64,000 bases of DNA from Zygnema circumcarinatum SAG 698-1b (Eukaryota > Plantae > Zygnematophyceae): positions 1,860,001 to 1,924,000 of the forward strand of contig CM074821.1 of assembly GCA_037447605.1 (NCBI GenBank), written 5' to 3'. The position numbers and the translations under genes are program-made. Below, one piece after another: positions 13,529 through 26,043 of the stretch. The notes below the pieces were generated by a model that saw only the letters and a program-made list of their open reading frames with translations, was not told the DNA's origin and did not search any database. Position 1 is the first letter of the stretch, and every line of letters begins with the position of its first letter.

Positions 13529-14009
13529 TGTAGCGAAACGCTACAGTCACCCACGGGAGGTGTACTTAGGGCGCGCTCCGTCCTAGTACTCTCACCTCGG
13601 GCGCGGGCCGAGTGGCCAAGGCGTCGGGGACCACCTAGGACCAGGAAGGGTCCTGGGATCGAACCTTGCGAAGGTTGCAAGGGTTCGATGCGGCGCNNNN
13701 NNNNNNCGGTGAGCGTTCGTACGTTGTACACCTCTGACCCATTCGGGTCAGAGAGGGACACGTGGCAGTCTGCCATTGGACAGCCCTGCTTCCAATCCTC
13801 CATGCTGGTAGGAGGTTCGACGGGGGAAGCGTAAAGGGGCGTGGGTGACTGTGGTCACCCAACCAACGTACCGGCATTCGGTTGCACCACTGACCAGGGC
13901 TGCTCCCCACTCTGAAGCTCGCTCGCTCTTGCTCTCGCCCTCTCGCTGAACTCTGAGTGCTGGTGTGTTATTCCGCGCAGGCTGAAGGAGTTAGATTTCA
14001 GCCGTTACA
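13529..14009 (+). mobile_element. Solo LTR (or collapsed LTR element) with 5-bp TSD
   Basis: Starts TGTAGCG, ends CGTTACA, and is flanked by an exact CTTTG duplication (13524-13528 and 14010-14014). An N gap at 13697-13706 lies inside it. Confidence 0.85.
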
Positions 14010-14528
14010 CTTTGCTTGTCGCTATGTGCGTCTGGCACGTGCAAGTGTGTGTCGCATGAGTGAGACGCGCGTGGCGACAAAACGATTTGGGGCAGTCAGC
14101 GGGCGGCGGGCGGTGGATTTAGTGTGGCGTGGCGGAAAGGAGGGGTCAGATTTGGCTAGAAGGTACGACTGAAAAATATTTGAAATCGCTGTTCTCGAAC
14201 TTTCCGATGTCCTCTTTTTGCAAAAATGGCCTGCCGTACACGACAAAACTGGCCTGTTTCGAATACATAATTTGTTTACCATGGACAACGTCTGACTTGT
14301 TGTTTTACATTGTCACCGACAATGACGACAGATTTTTTTGGTGACGAAACCAAACTTCTAAAACCTCTAACCTCTAGTTAGAAATTCTATCGTCAGAAAC
14401 ATCTGAATTGGGCTGTTACATTGCCACTCTTACAACGGAAACAACAGAAAAAACAACTATAAGTATACATCCAAGCACACATTTCACTAAAACACTTAAC
14501 AGATTTCAGTAGTGACAACTGATAACAT

Positions 14529-15891
14529 TTGGTCTTCATGACGTTAACGTTCGAAATCCGGCAGTGCGGGATTTTTGACTCACGAATCACACGATTACCA
14601 GTGGAAGTGCTGACGAAAATTTTAGAATTATGTATTCGTCACAGTTGTGTTTTTATTCAATCGGCTATTCAGTTATCAATAGTATGCTCACAATTCAAGA
14701 AAGTTGTGGAGGCTTCATCAGTAGCCGTTATTGATAACAACTGTGCAGACCGTATATCAACGTTGGCCAACGATTCAGATGGTGAAGCCAGATTAATTGC
14801 AAGACAATTACGATTCTTTTCAGCTCTTCGTGAACTGACAATCCAGTGTGAATATATTCCATCGCTGATGTTTGATTATTGGACACCAGTTTTTGGAAAG
14901 ACATTGACTATGCTGACGGTATCTTATTCGAATCAAGGATTAAATTGGGGTCATTTCGCTGCACTATCGGAATATCCGTACCTTGAGACAATAGATGTAC
15001 CCATAGAACTCACAGGTGTTGGAAGACAAGTATTAAGGCCCCTAAGAATGGTAACAACGATTGTGGCGTGATGGCGAGGATGTATTGGTGGCCATACCGA
15101 GCTGTTTCCACTCGCACGTTTAATCACTTTCTTCAACTTTTTCCCATACTTCGTTCACTTGTCATCGATAATTTGTTTGATAACAAGATGCTGGGGATCC
15201 AACATTCAACTCTGCGGAACCTTGTTATTTTTGGAAAAATAACTGATTTGCGGATTGAGTGCTCTGAATTGGAACGTCTGCGTGTTGGGGCAGATGGAAA
15301 TATCGGGAAAGCCGTCATTGTATTTCAACATTTGAAATCATTTGAGATCGAGGGTGACATTGATCAACTTGATTTTATCGATCAGCAACCATCCATCGAC
15401 CGTTTAACTGTCTTTCTGGTGGCGAAGAAAACGTTTGTTCCCAACAGCACTTGAATGTAGAACATATACACTACTCGGGTGAATATGCCAATTCTAATTT
15501 TGAGTTTTTAGTGAAAAGCAGGAAAACGTTAGTTGAAGCTTGTTTCAGTTGTCGTTATGCACAAGATCAATTGTCTGTTGTTTTAGGACACGGTGAAAGT
15601 TTTCCGAGAATGTTATTTTGTAAGTTTCAAAATGTGATGAATGCAGAATTTATAGACATAGTGTTGTCACTTTTGGGAGCTTGCCCTCGACTTCATTATG
15701 TTCTCTTTGAATTAGAGGTATCTACTGCAAGAGATTCAGACGGACAATTTATAGACAGAATATGTCGTCTCAAGACAGAAGTTATAAACTTATTCGGTCT
15801 AAGTAATAGGAGAGTTTGTTTGTACGTTGAGAGTGTAGACACAGTTTTTCCTATTCGATGTCTTGATTTATTTACTGGCATCACTACATAA
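14529..15891 (+). pseudogene. Intronless F-box/LRR (RNI/FBD-like) gene with two -1 frameshifts
   Basis: F-box motif ITRLPVEVLTKILELC...LSIVCSQFKKVV, then LxxLxI repeats (LRELTIQC, LTMLTVSY, LRSLVID, LRNLVI, LERLRV, LKSFEI; CPRLHYV). Three overlapping ORFs (14529-15071, 15068-15454, 15451-15891). AT-rich like the Helentron ORF. A-tract at 16016-16058. Confidence 0.7.
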
Positions 15892-17560
15892 TACAAGGTA
15901 TTATCGACATGTCACGTACAATGTAAATTTTTTTTTCTTGTGTTTGCCCGTTTTTGTTGTTGTTAAGTGTGACAAATTCTACTTTCAAAGTAATACGTCC
16001 ATAGCTCTCTTTTCCAAAAAAAAAAAAAAAAAAACAAAAAAAAAAAAAAAAAAAAAAAGTAAAATTTTTGATGTAGGTTCAGATATTTTTCAGGGATTAA
16101 ATATCTTCATTTTAGAATATTTTAAAAATTCCTCTCAAGAATGATCGCTATCTGATTGGAGAATTTGTTCAGTTTAAAAACATACAGACGTTGTTGTTGT
16201 GGTTTGTATGACTATCTGACTTTTATTGTAGTATGTTTGATCTACTTCTAAAAAAAAAAAAAAAGATGTTGATTTCGATAATTTTTTAATTTTCTGTCAC
16301 TGTAAGTTGAGTTACTGTGTCATAGTGATAAAACATAAACCTTATCTCAAACATGCTTCATCGTTTTAACATGTTTATCTGGCAAGTCTAGCAAAATTAC
16401 CACTGTGGACAGAAATTTGTTTAAAAAACAGAAGTACCTTTGCAATCTATTGCTGAAATCTTTTTGTTGCAAATCTGTCTACTTCATAACCTGACTGCAT
16501 GCTGCTTGCGAAAAACCCTAAAAACCCCAAAAATCATAAAAACACTAAAAAAATTTAACCACATTAAAAAACCTTAAAATCCGTACTATATTCATGGCTA
16601 AAACATTATTATTCTTCTTATGCCTTGCCGCCTATGTTTCCTGTTCCAAAATGGTCGCTTGGAGCTGTTGAACTTTGGCTTCCAATAGCTGGTTACGTTC
16701 CTCAAGCTGAATTATCTTCTGCATAAAGAAAAGGGGAACAGTAAACGTTCGTTGTTTAGTATTTCTTTCTCCAATTATTCAAGGAAAGGAAGAAACTACA
16801 AGACATTCCTTTATGCACAACTTACTAGAAGTTTGTAATTTTGATTTGTCGGCGGAATCACAATTTACTTCGAAATTAACGAAGGGCCAAATCCAGTCCA
16901 CGATGTGTAATCTTTTTTTTAAGCTTGTCAGTGAATGCTGCTGCATCCCTCTCAAACCGATTATTCCCTGAAAAAAAAAAAGGGGGTCAGAGGGGGTGAG
17001 GGAGGGTTGAAGAATTGTAGTGACCATAAAAAATCTCATCATATAAAAATAAAATAGCAATTCATAATTTACATTAAAGCGTTTTGGCTCAACCGCGACA
17101 CTTTCGACTGCCTTTGAGGCTCAATCTTCAAAAGGTTTTATCCTGTTGTAAAAAAAAAAAAAAAAACGAAAAAAAAAAAGAAAAAAAGCCAGAGAAGAAA
17201 ATATCACAGCTGCCAGCACATAGGGAAACAGTTGTGTTGGAAATGGATGGACTATGTGTGTCACTTAATGCATAACCGACATTTTGAAGCGACTTATTGA
17301 CGCTTCGTTTCCTTGCCTTGTGCAAACCGAGTCTTTGCATTGTCTGATAACTGTAAAGAAATAAAACATATTGTTTTGAGCGATTTTCTTTCGTCATCAC
17401 CATCGATAATCTAAGCTGTACAAACATTTCTAAGAAATAAAGTCGGTGAAAAAATAGTTGCGCATGTTTGCTCGTAAATTGTCACGGTGTCTAATTCTTG
17501 GACATCTATTGGCTTTGCACTTTCTAGTGTTTTTTGTTCTGTTACTGTAACCGCAAACGA

Positions 17561-20159
17561 TTAGACATCCTTGTGTTGTTCTTTTGTTGACCACTCGTCG
17601 ATATGTGATCCATCATAAGGTTGTTCAGTGTCGTCTTCTCCGTGTGTAATCTGCAATGTCAAAATATCATTGTTATTAGTCACATGTTATGTTCGTCTGT
17701 TTGTTTCCCTAATGTGTTGTAGGTTTAAGTTTGTATTACCTTGTGTTTTTTTTTGTAAACCACATTTATGTCCGCTGGTGTTAAATCTTCGATTTGGTAC
17801 AAAATTTTGGCGTCATCCCTTTTCATCTTTATCTGCATCCTCATCAAACAAATATCGTTTATATTAGCATCTGATAATTAGAATTATTGTTCCTTATTGT
17901 TTATGAAAACATCATCCTTATGTTTTCTTACCTTTGCAGCGAAATTTCCTTCAAGTTTTTGTAATTCTTTTTTCTTGTTGTTGTCCGATAAATCCTCCCA
18001 TGTGCTGGCATTGTGGCCTGTCAAAAATTTGATGGAATGTGGAAAAATTTTTGCTTCCCTTTTTTCCGAATCTGCCAACATCACAACACAAGTATAAAAA
18101 TTTTATTAAAACGAATTTAACATTTATTTTTTCCTTTTTGGAAAATGCAATACAATCACGAAAAAAGGCAAACTTAACAATGTCGATAACAGTATACGTA
18201 CTTGCATCTTTCATTGTGACTGTGACGATCAGAAGTTTCATTGTTGTTGTTGGTCCGTGGATTTTGCATTCAATTGGTCCGTTTGGAACACGAGGGTATG
18301 CTGGCGCATTACAAAACATACCCACGTCTATGACGCGGTTGCAGCGTTCAGCAATATTTGCACGGGCACTCTCGGTGTGCACCATAATTGTCATGGTCAT
18401 TTCAGTATTGTTCTCAATTACGTACTCGTTATCCATAAACCTATTCACATTCCAATAACGTAGTTAAAATGTATCTCACATGATGTAAGATCAATGTGAT
18501 GATGATGATGGTGATGATGTGTGATGTGATGTGTGTGTGTGATGTGGCGATAATCAGTGTGCTTTGCTCTTACCTTGATGTATCGGTTTCGACTCCAGCT
18601 AATGGATGGGTTCGTTTTATTCCGTTTGGTCCATGTATTGCTGTGATTGTGCGATCATCCGTCAAAAAAATAATAGATGTCCTGACAAACAACCAAACAT
18701 ACGAGATAAATTCAGATAAGTTCACAAAAGTACAGGACATATTTTGGAAAATATTTTTTGAAATATTTGATGTTAGTCTGTTGTCTTTTGTTCTTGAAAC
18801 AGACTAAATGATGAAAACACTTACGATGAAGATACTTTGAGCATGTTCCCAGTGAATACACAATTCGTGAGTCGAATGGCAGTTTCACCGACTGTGACGC
18901 CCGTTTTGTGTATAATATCCGTATCATCACCCCACAATGTAACTTTCCGTATTCTTGTATAATCTTCTAATTCAATATCGCAATACCCTTTGAATCCGTT
19001 TTTGGTTTCGGTTTGCTTAATATCTTGTCGACTTTTAAGCACACCTTGGACATCGAATATCATCTGTAACAATGGACAGCCGAACATTAACGTGTTGTTG
19101 TCATGATGTTGATCAATCATTACGTGATTAGGGAAATTCGTGCAAATTAAAAAAAAAACCTAGTCATTACTACAACAAAAATGAACACGCTTACATTGAC
19201 GTTTTCAATGATCACCGACAGATTTTTTGGAGGAGACGGTTGTGTGAATTTTAACATCTGTGCCTCTGATGTTTCGAGCACGTTAATAATCGTCCTTTTC
19301 GTTGGCGACAATTTGTAAGCTGATCCATAGCGCCTGTATCTGCAATATTTCAAAAAAGGATGAGAAACATGTGTAAATTTCGAAATAAATAAAGACTTTT
19401 TTGTCACTCTTGTCTTTAAACCCAAACTCAAAATTAATAAATATATTGGCAAAAGCTTTCAACTCACATATCTTTTGTCGGTTTCACGTATGGATTGCAT
19501 ATCCGAATAATATCCCCTGCTTTGTATCTCAAAAATGTTTCAGTCATTTCGTCGATGTGTGTATCTTTCTCCCAACTTTCAAACATAAACTGTGTGCCAG
19601 CCTCATCGTACACGTCCAAACACGCTACCGCTGACTGTTTAAAAATTTTTGGTAGGGAAATATGTTCGATTTTGAGAATCATATGGAAATCAGCCTTCAT
19701 CGTAGTAGATAATGATGAAAACAGTAATTTCGGTGTCGATATGAACTCCTATTAAGAAACACAAACAGTTTATCAAATCTTTCATAAGATATTAACATAA
19801 TCTGTTATATAATGATAATACAGTGCACATGCCAAATTAAAATGCTTTGTGTATTCTTTTTTTACTCATCAAAGGATGACATCACTTACTTTTTCTGAAA
19901 TCACCTTCCCGCCAGAGCTGCATTCGACGTTTGACCCTGTAGCATTGTCCTGCATGTAAACATTTTGTACAGTTGTGTCAAAAAAGCGAAGGGAATGTAA
20001 AGTTAGGAAAAATATGCTTGTTATATCACAATAATCCAGTTTATCTGATTGTTAATATTTCGTTTCACTTTTTGTAAGTTTGTATCTTACTATTTCACGA
20101 TGAACATATGCAGAAGATGACCCTGCGCGAAGAATGTTACTTTCCACGTTTTGACTCAT
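17561..20159 (-). CDS. RPA70/RPA1-like ssDNA-binding protein (3 OB folds + Zn ribbon), ~487 aa, transposon-borne
   Basis: Ten GT-AG exons with consistent phases: 20159-20091, 19949-19890, 19748-19468, 19339-19195, 19063-18825, 18681-18574, 18440-18202, 18071-17932, 17832-17740, 17650-17561. DBD-B-like FDVQGVL..DIELEDYTRIRKVTLWGD; DBD-C-like C-x8-C-x14-C-x2-H followed by VTMKDA..AKIF..FLTGHNASTW. Confidence 0.75.
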
Positions 20160-20203
20160 ATCTGCGTTGACTTGGACATGAAACGTCAGTTTTTGAAGGT
20201 ACA

Positions 20204-23200
20204 TCACATGACCTGCAAATAAATAGGATTATGATCACTCCAATATGCTTCCATCACTCTTGCAGTAACTTCACAGTCTGAATTTACCCACACATGATCT
20301 AATTGACTACCGTATTCAGTTGTAGACTGCTGAATTATTTGTTTAAGACCTAAAGCCTCCATAGTAAATATATAATTGGTAACATCCATTGATAGCGGCG
20401 TAATTAACAAGTCTTCATTAAAATCACCAATTATCAGTACTTTCTGACCTTTAATATTTTTAAGCATATCCCTGATTTTAGTAGCAACAAACATGAGAGA
20501 AACAGATTTCGGTTTTCGGTATATGATACATATAAAAATAACTGTCTTTCCTTTCGTGATACGCAGTAAATCTAAATGACAAGCAACATTCTTAAACTGT
20601 TGTATAAATCTAATATGGATTTTCGTGTACGACATTATACCATCGTGTTGACTGGTGTCACAGTCAGTATCACCTAAATGCGCACGATTTGAAAAACCGG
20701 CTATTTCAAGACATTTGATGTCGTCTGCAGATGTCAGCCATGCCTCAACGAACAAAAGCAAATCACAATCCACATAAGCTGAATTTTTCAACTCTTCAAT
20801 GTTCTTCTTGATCGATCTGATATTCTGATATGCAATATGGATAGCATTAATATTATCATTTACGTTAATATCAGCAGGACACACGATCATTATACGTTCA
20901 GCTCGTAACCTGATCATTTCGTTTTTGACACTTTGTGAAACCTTTATTTTACTTTCATTTAAATCATATATGGACAAGTTTGACGAAGTTTCAAAACGAC
21001 TCAAAGCAACATAATGCATACCATGTCCAAGATTACCAGATAAATTAACATAACCAGCTGGCAAACTTTTCCCTTGTGCTCTGTGTATCGTAATAGCTGA
21101 ATTTGGAGCAAGGGGAAATTGACACCTGTTCACTGTACATTGGTCATTATTTGCAAAAGTAAAAGAACGCGATTCTCGTGAAATACCAGTCCAATCACGA
21201 CAGATAGGGAAACGATCGTAATACGAAGAGAGATTTCCCCTACGATTTCGGCCAACGTCAGCATTATCAAATAGAACCCAAACTATACATACTTTATCTT
21301 CAGCACGACTAAAATACTTTACCACACCAGTGGCACCGTTAGTTAAGCCGTCAGAAACATCTACATTCATTGTCATCTCAACACGCAAACCAACGCGTAA
21401 TCGTAAAACTGAATGCAATTGCGATGTTTTTCGAGGATCATTATATACATCGTCAGGCAACACAAACCGCCACGAAACATTGTATGTGTTAGTATCGTCA
21501 GCTGTTAATTCTACAGCTTCTGTGGCCATAGATTCATAAACACGACGGTTATGCTCCTCTACTAAAACTCGTATACGATATAGATGTACTAATGTCAGAT
21601 CTGGATCATGATCATTAGTTACCACTCTCTTTTTTAATTCAAGAATATCTGACTGGGTATGATTTCCCTCCCGTAATCTGTTCAGTATTTCTGCAAACAC
21701 CTTCGCATTCTTTTGTCTCATGATTTCTGTAAGTTCAAACATAACAAAATGTTCCTGCCATAAACTGTTCACTAATACGGAATAATCACGCTCCGTGTTA
21801 GCAAAAACATAAGAATCTTTCACTGGTGCTAACTGAAAAAAATCTCCTACACAGAGCATATGCAATCCTCCAAAAGGTTTAGTTTTACAAAAAAGAGATC
21901 TTAACCTGTCATCCACAGCCATAAATAAACGCTGTCCAACCATTGACACTTCATCTATAATGACAAATTTAATACTATTTAATTTTGACCAAAGAGTGTT
22001 TTTTTTATCATCCGTGATAGACATACTACTACTCTGAGTGTACGGTATACTGAGAGCACCATGTATTGTATGTCCACTAATATTAAACGCAGCTGTGCCA
22101 GTTGGAGCTAAACGCAAGACTCGTGGCTCATCAAAATTGGTGTTTCTGTCCTTATTGAACAAACGAACTAGACCTTTGTATAATGTTTGTACTAATCTGG
22201 ACTTTCCAACACCTGCTCCTCCTGTTAAAAAAATTCGTAGTGGTTCATCTGTTTTCTTCACATGATGTAACACATGATAAAAAAACAATTTTTGTTCTCT
22301 GTTTAAAGACCTAGCCATTTTCCTATATTCATCATCCGAAACTAACTTATTACATACCACATACTCACGAAAGTTAGACCCAGTTTGTAATCCAAGTTCT
22401 TTGTTTAAATCAAATTCTTGGTTGACTTCATCAGTAATAATATTTGTCGACGGTATTTCACCGACAATATCATTCTGTATTTCCTCTCTTATTTCTACGA
22501 ATATATTATCCCAATTCACAATCTCTTTCTCAAACAACCGTCGTACTGACTCAATATGGTCATTATGACGATCATATAGCAGATTGACATAAGCAGCGTT
22601 CAGTAAGGACTCTTCATTACGCCAAGGATAAAAGAGCATAACTAAGACACGCCGCACATCATCTTCATCATCAGATTTACCTCTGACATATTTCAGAGTG
22701 TGTTTTTTTTTTCTTAAACGATAATATCGTTGGAACAATGATTTATCTGGCCCATAAGTCTGTTGATTAGTACATATTACACGTACATGATATGAATCTT
22801 CATCATTGTTCCCATCATTTTCACCATCCTCATTTCCGTCAGACTTATTATTAACCTCATCATAAGATGCGGCAAAATCAGCTAAACAGATATTTTCTAG
22901 TGAATCAGGCCTCAACGTATATCTTGTTAGTAAAGCGTTAGGTATATAAACATTTTCATCATCAGGACACAATTTCTTTAATTCTTTGTCAGCTTTTAAC
23001 AACAATAACCTTTCATTGGGCTTGTTAGTATTCACGAACCTAACAGACCGTGAACAACAACGTAATGGCAAACCCAGAACCAAATATACAGCTTCTTGGG
23101 CAGAAACTTCATGCGCACGAAAGAAAACATTTCCAGCCATACTTAACTGCTGCCGTATATCTGAATTTTTTTTCTTAGCTTCTCTACATGCATTATCCAT

Positions 23201-26043
23201 TAGAGAAGACATACCATTTTGCCCTTTACACATATATGACACAATGTATTTTGCCACTGCATACGGTTCTAAGCAAAACTGTATATCCATATTAGCAGAC
23301 CATAATTGCAAAACTTTAGCATTGTAGTTATTAATGCGTATTTCAGATACTGCGCGTCTTAGCATTACCGTAGGACGGTCTAGACTCCATCGTACAGCAG
23401 TCATGTATGCATTTTCATCTAATTTCAATTCTTCCAACAAATCGTCAAAACTTTGTGTACAGTCTAAATCCACACCACGTTTTTCTAAACACACTTTAAT
23501 ATTTATCCAATTTTTTTGATGTCTATCCATTTCATCTTTTGTAATATTTGTTAATGGATTTAAAATACATGTTTCACGCATAGGAGGAATAGGATATCCA
23601 AAACGACAGCTAACCAAGCCGTTCTTTTTGCGACTGCAATATCGTCTAGAGTGTCTATGCACCTGCAGTTTTACAAGATCCATACTTACTTGATCTTTCG
23701 AACACGTTATATATTTATCTACAAACTTTATCATCAGATTAGTATCAAACACTCCATCACGTTTAAACATATCCTCAAAACAGCCAGCATAAAGTAAACA
23801 ATGAGTATGAGGTGAACCTCGCTGCTGAAATTCATCGACACAAAACCAGTCCTGAAGCTCACCAATTATTTCTGGACATTTTTTCAAACAAATATTAAAT
23901 AAAGACTCGACACGGTTCCGATAATAGCGTGCACATGTGATTGGGTCAGAACGAACTAAACGCGCACGATCCTCGTAAGATAAAGCAGCTGCATTATCTT
24001 CAGAAATTTCTTTATCATCAACTACTTTTGACAATATCACATGCAGCTCTTTCCACCGTGAATCAGCCATAGATAGACTCATAAAAAATGTAGGTCTCCC
24101 TAATTGGCGAAGCATTGCAAATACATCACTTATGTTTTGCTCCCAGTATTGAGGACTACCACGCAGTCTTGAGAATTCCCGATACATCACATCATTTTTA
24201 AATAAAAGAGATTTGAATTGTGGATCTAATAAGTTTCCAGCATTAATACCAGTTAACCCTGCTAGTTTTCTCGTTCTCATTTTTGCATAGATGATATTAG
24301 ATATTTGATTAATTTGATATTTTCGAAGCTTGAAAAAAATATTAGATATATTCGTGGCTGCTCTTCTATCAACATTCCGCAATTCCCATTTGCAAACATC
24401 ATGATAATATATTTTTTTTTCATTAAAACGCTTTTTCCCACAGAATATTGTTGGGAAGCTTAATTCTTCACTGTATTCATCATAAAAAAGACCTAATGGT
24501 GTTTGTCCTTCCCCTGGTGCAACATCTAAAGTGTTATCTGGATACAAGTCGGTACTGTCAAGTAAAGAGGCATAATTGTCAATATTTGTCTCATCATCAA
24601 TATGATCCTCATCAGGATCAACGTCACTGGACTGCGAACCATCGGAACTATCTAATCCTTCACCATCAGCGACAGCGTCATTATCGTCAACGTCATCACT
24701 ACCGCCCTGCATAACATCTAAATCGGTTTGACAATGTCTGAGAATTCTCGCATTGACATCACACATAGACACACCCGCTTCCGTCCATAGTCCATTCTCA
24801 CATAACCATGCCAGACTTGTCAAAACGGCCTGCGGACGGATCGTTTCGGACCAAACAGCAGTCTTATATGACAATTTTCTTTTAAAACGTAAACAAATAG
24901 TCTCTAGCTCGTTACGGACACGCGGTAACTTTAATACTGTTGTATTTACCATAGATGGGACATTAACAATACTGCCTTTTAAACCAATTTGACCTATTCG
25001 TTTTACTTTCAAATCACGTATAACCATGAACGGTATCCTAGGGGAAATTAATCGTTCTTCTACAGTATTTAAATCACGTAACACTGATGGCTTATCATGA
25101 AAATAAATGTTTTGACGTGAAAGAAGAGGTATTCTTTTTTGGCTAGCACTTTTGAAACACCTCATACACATCAGAAACATCTATCACATAAATCTTCGAC
25201 ACAGTATTTATGAATATCTTCGGTATACAGTTGAACATCTTTCATATGTCGTTTAAAAAACAATTGACTGCAACAAACACATACAGATGTTGGACCTTCA
25301 CGTATGCTTAAATGGAATTTATGTTTTACTACATAAAATGATGATGGAAAATTCTTCATCATAAAGTCATTGCAAATATCAGTAAGAAAAGTCAAATCCA
25401 TCATAGACACCATTGCAAATATCTCATCACTCCTATAATTTAAACCATAACTACTATCAAAACTCAATTTTTTCATAAAAATGTCACGACAAACTTTCAC
25501 TATTTCAATATTATCAACTTCCTTTATTTTCACATACACAAATCGACCTTGAAGACATATGACAAATAATGACGTCCACTTATCGTCACATTCATATACA
25601 CCTAAATCTTTTACAGTAGAGAAATCACCATCATGAATAGTTAACAAACCGTACTTAAATAACATTTTATCAACACAAACATTAACATCAGTTATCTCAA
25701 AATCTGATACAACAGTCATATAGTCAAAATTTCGTCGCTCTCTTGATGTACATCCAATTTTACACAAACTGTAATCATATGCGTATGCAGCATGACAACA
25801 ACATGAAAAATACCCAAGACATAAATCCCATATTCTGCCAATTGTTAATACTGTCTGCCATTCATTACAGTTTATCCGTTTTATACCAATAAAATTTGGT
25901 TTCTCGAGTTCGCAATTCCTATAGTCCATAAAAGAAATACCATCACTTTCGGCACGGCAACCAACATGCAACGAAACACACACACATCGATAAGGACCAT
26001 CGCGTCGTCGTCGCTTTAACCTTCGTAAACTATGTTCTGACAT
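20204..26043 (-). CDS. Helentron RepHel-EN transposase (Zn finger/DUF6570, HUH Rep, PIF1 helicase, APE-like endonuclease); one frameshift near 25175
   Basis: GPTSVCVCC...CMRC..LNTVEERLISPRIPFM..GSIVNVP. Rep motifs PTFFMSLS, EFQQRGSPHTHCLL (HUH) and YIVSYMCK (Y2). PIF1 motifs GGAGVGKS, APTGTAA, IIDEVSMV, GDFFQL, IMRQ, TIHRAQGKS and YVALSR. C-terminal EEP motifs YQNIRS, FVEAW, IIGDFN, LDHVWV and WSDHNPI. Confidence 0.95.

Noticed and set aside
13600-13696. Bona fide tRNA gene or SRP RNA
   Set aside because: A/B-box-like motifs are present, but there is no cloverleaf or anticodon arm and no SRP helix-8 consensus; it lies within an LTR.
14529-26043. Giant-virus or bacterial insertion (AT-rich, overlapping GTGA/TTGA ORFs)
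   Set aside because: No capsid or polymerase genes; the overlapping ORFs are pieces of one F-box/LRR gene; the RPA gene has spliceosomal introns and RepHel is diagnostic of Helitron-type elements.
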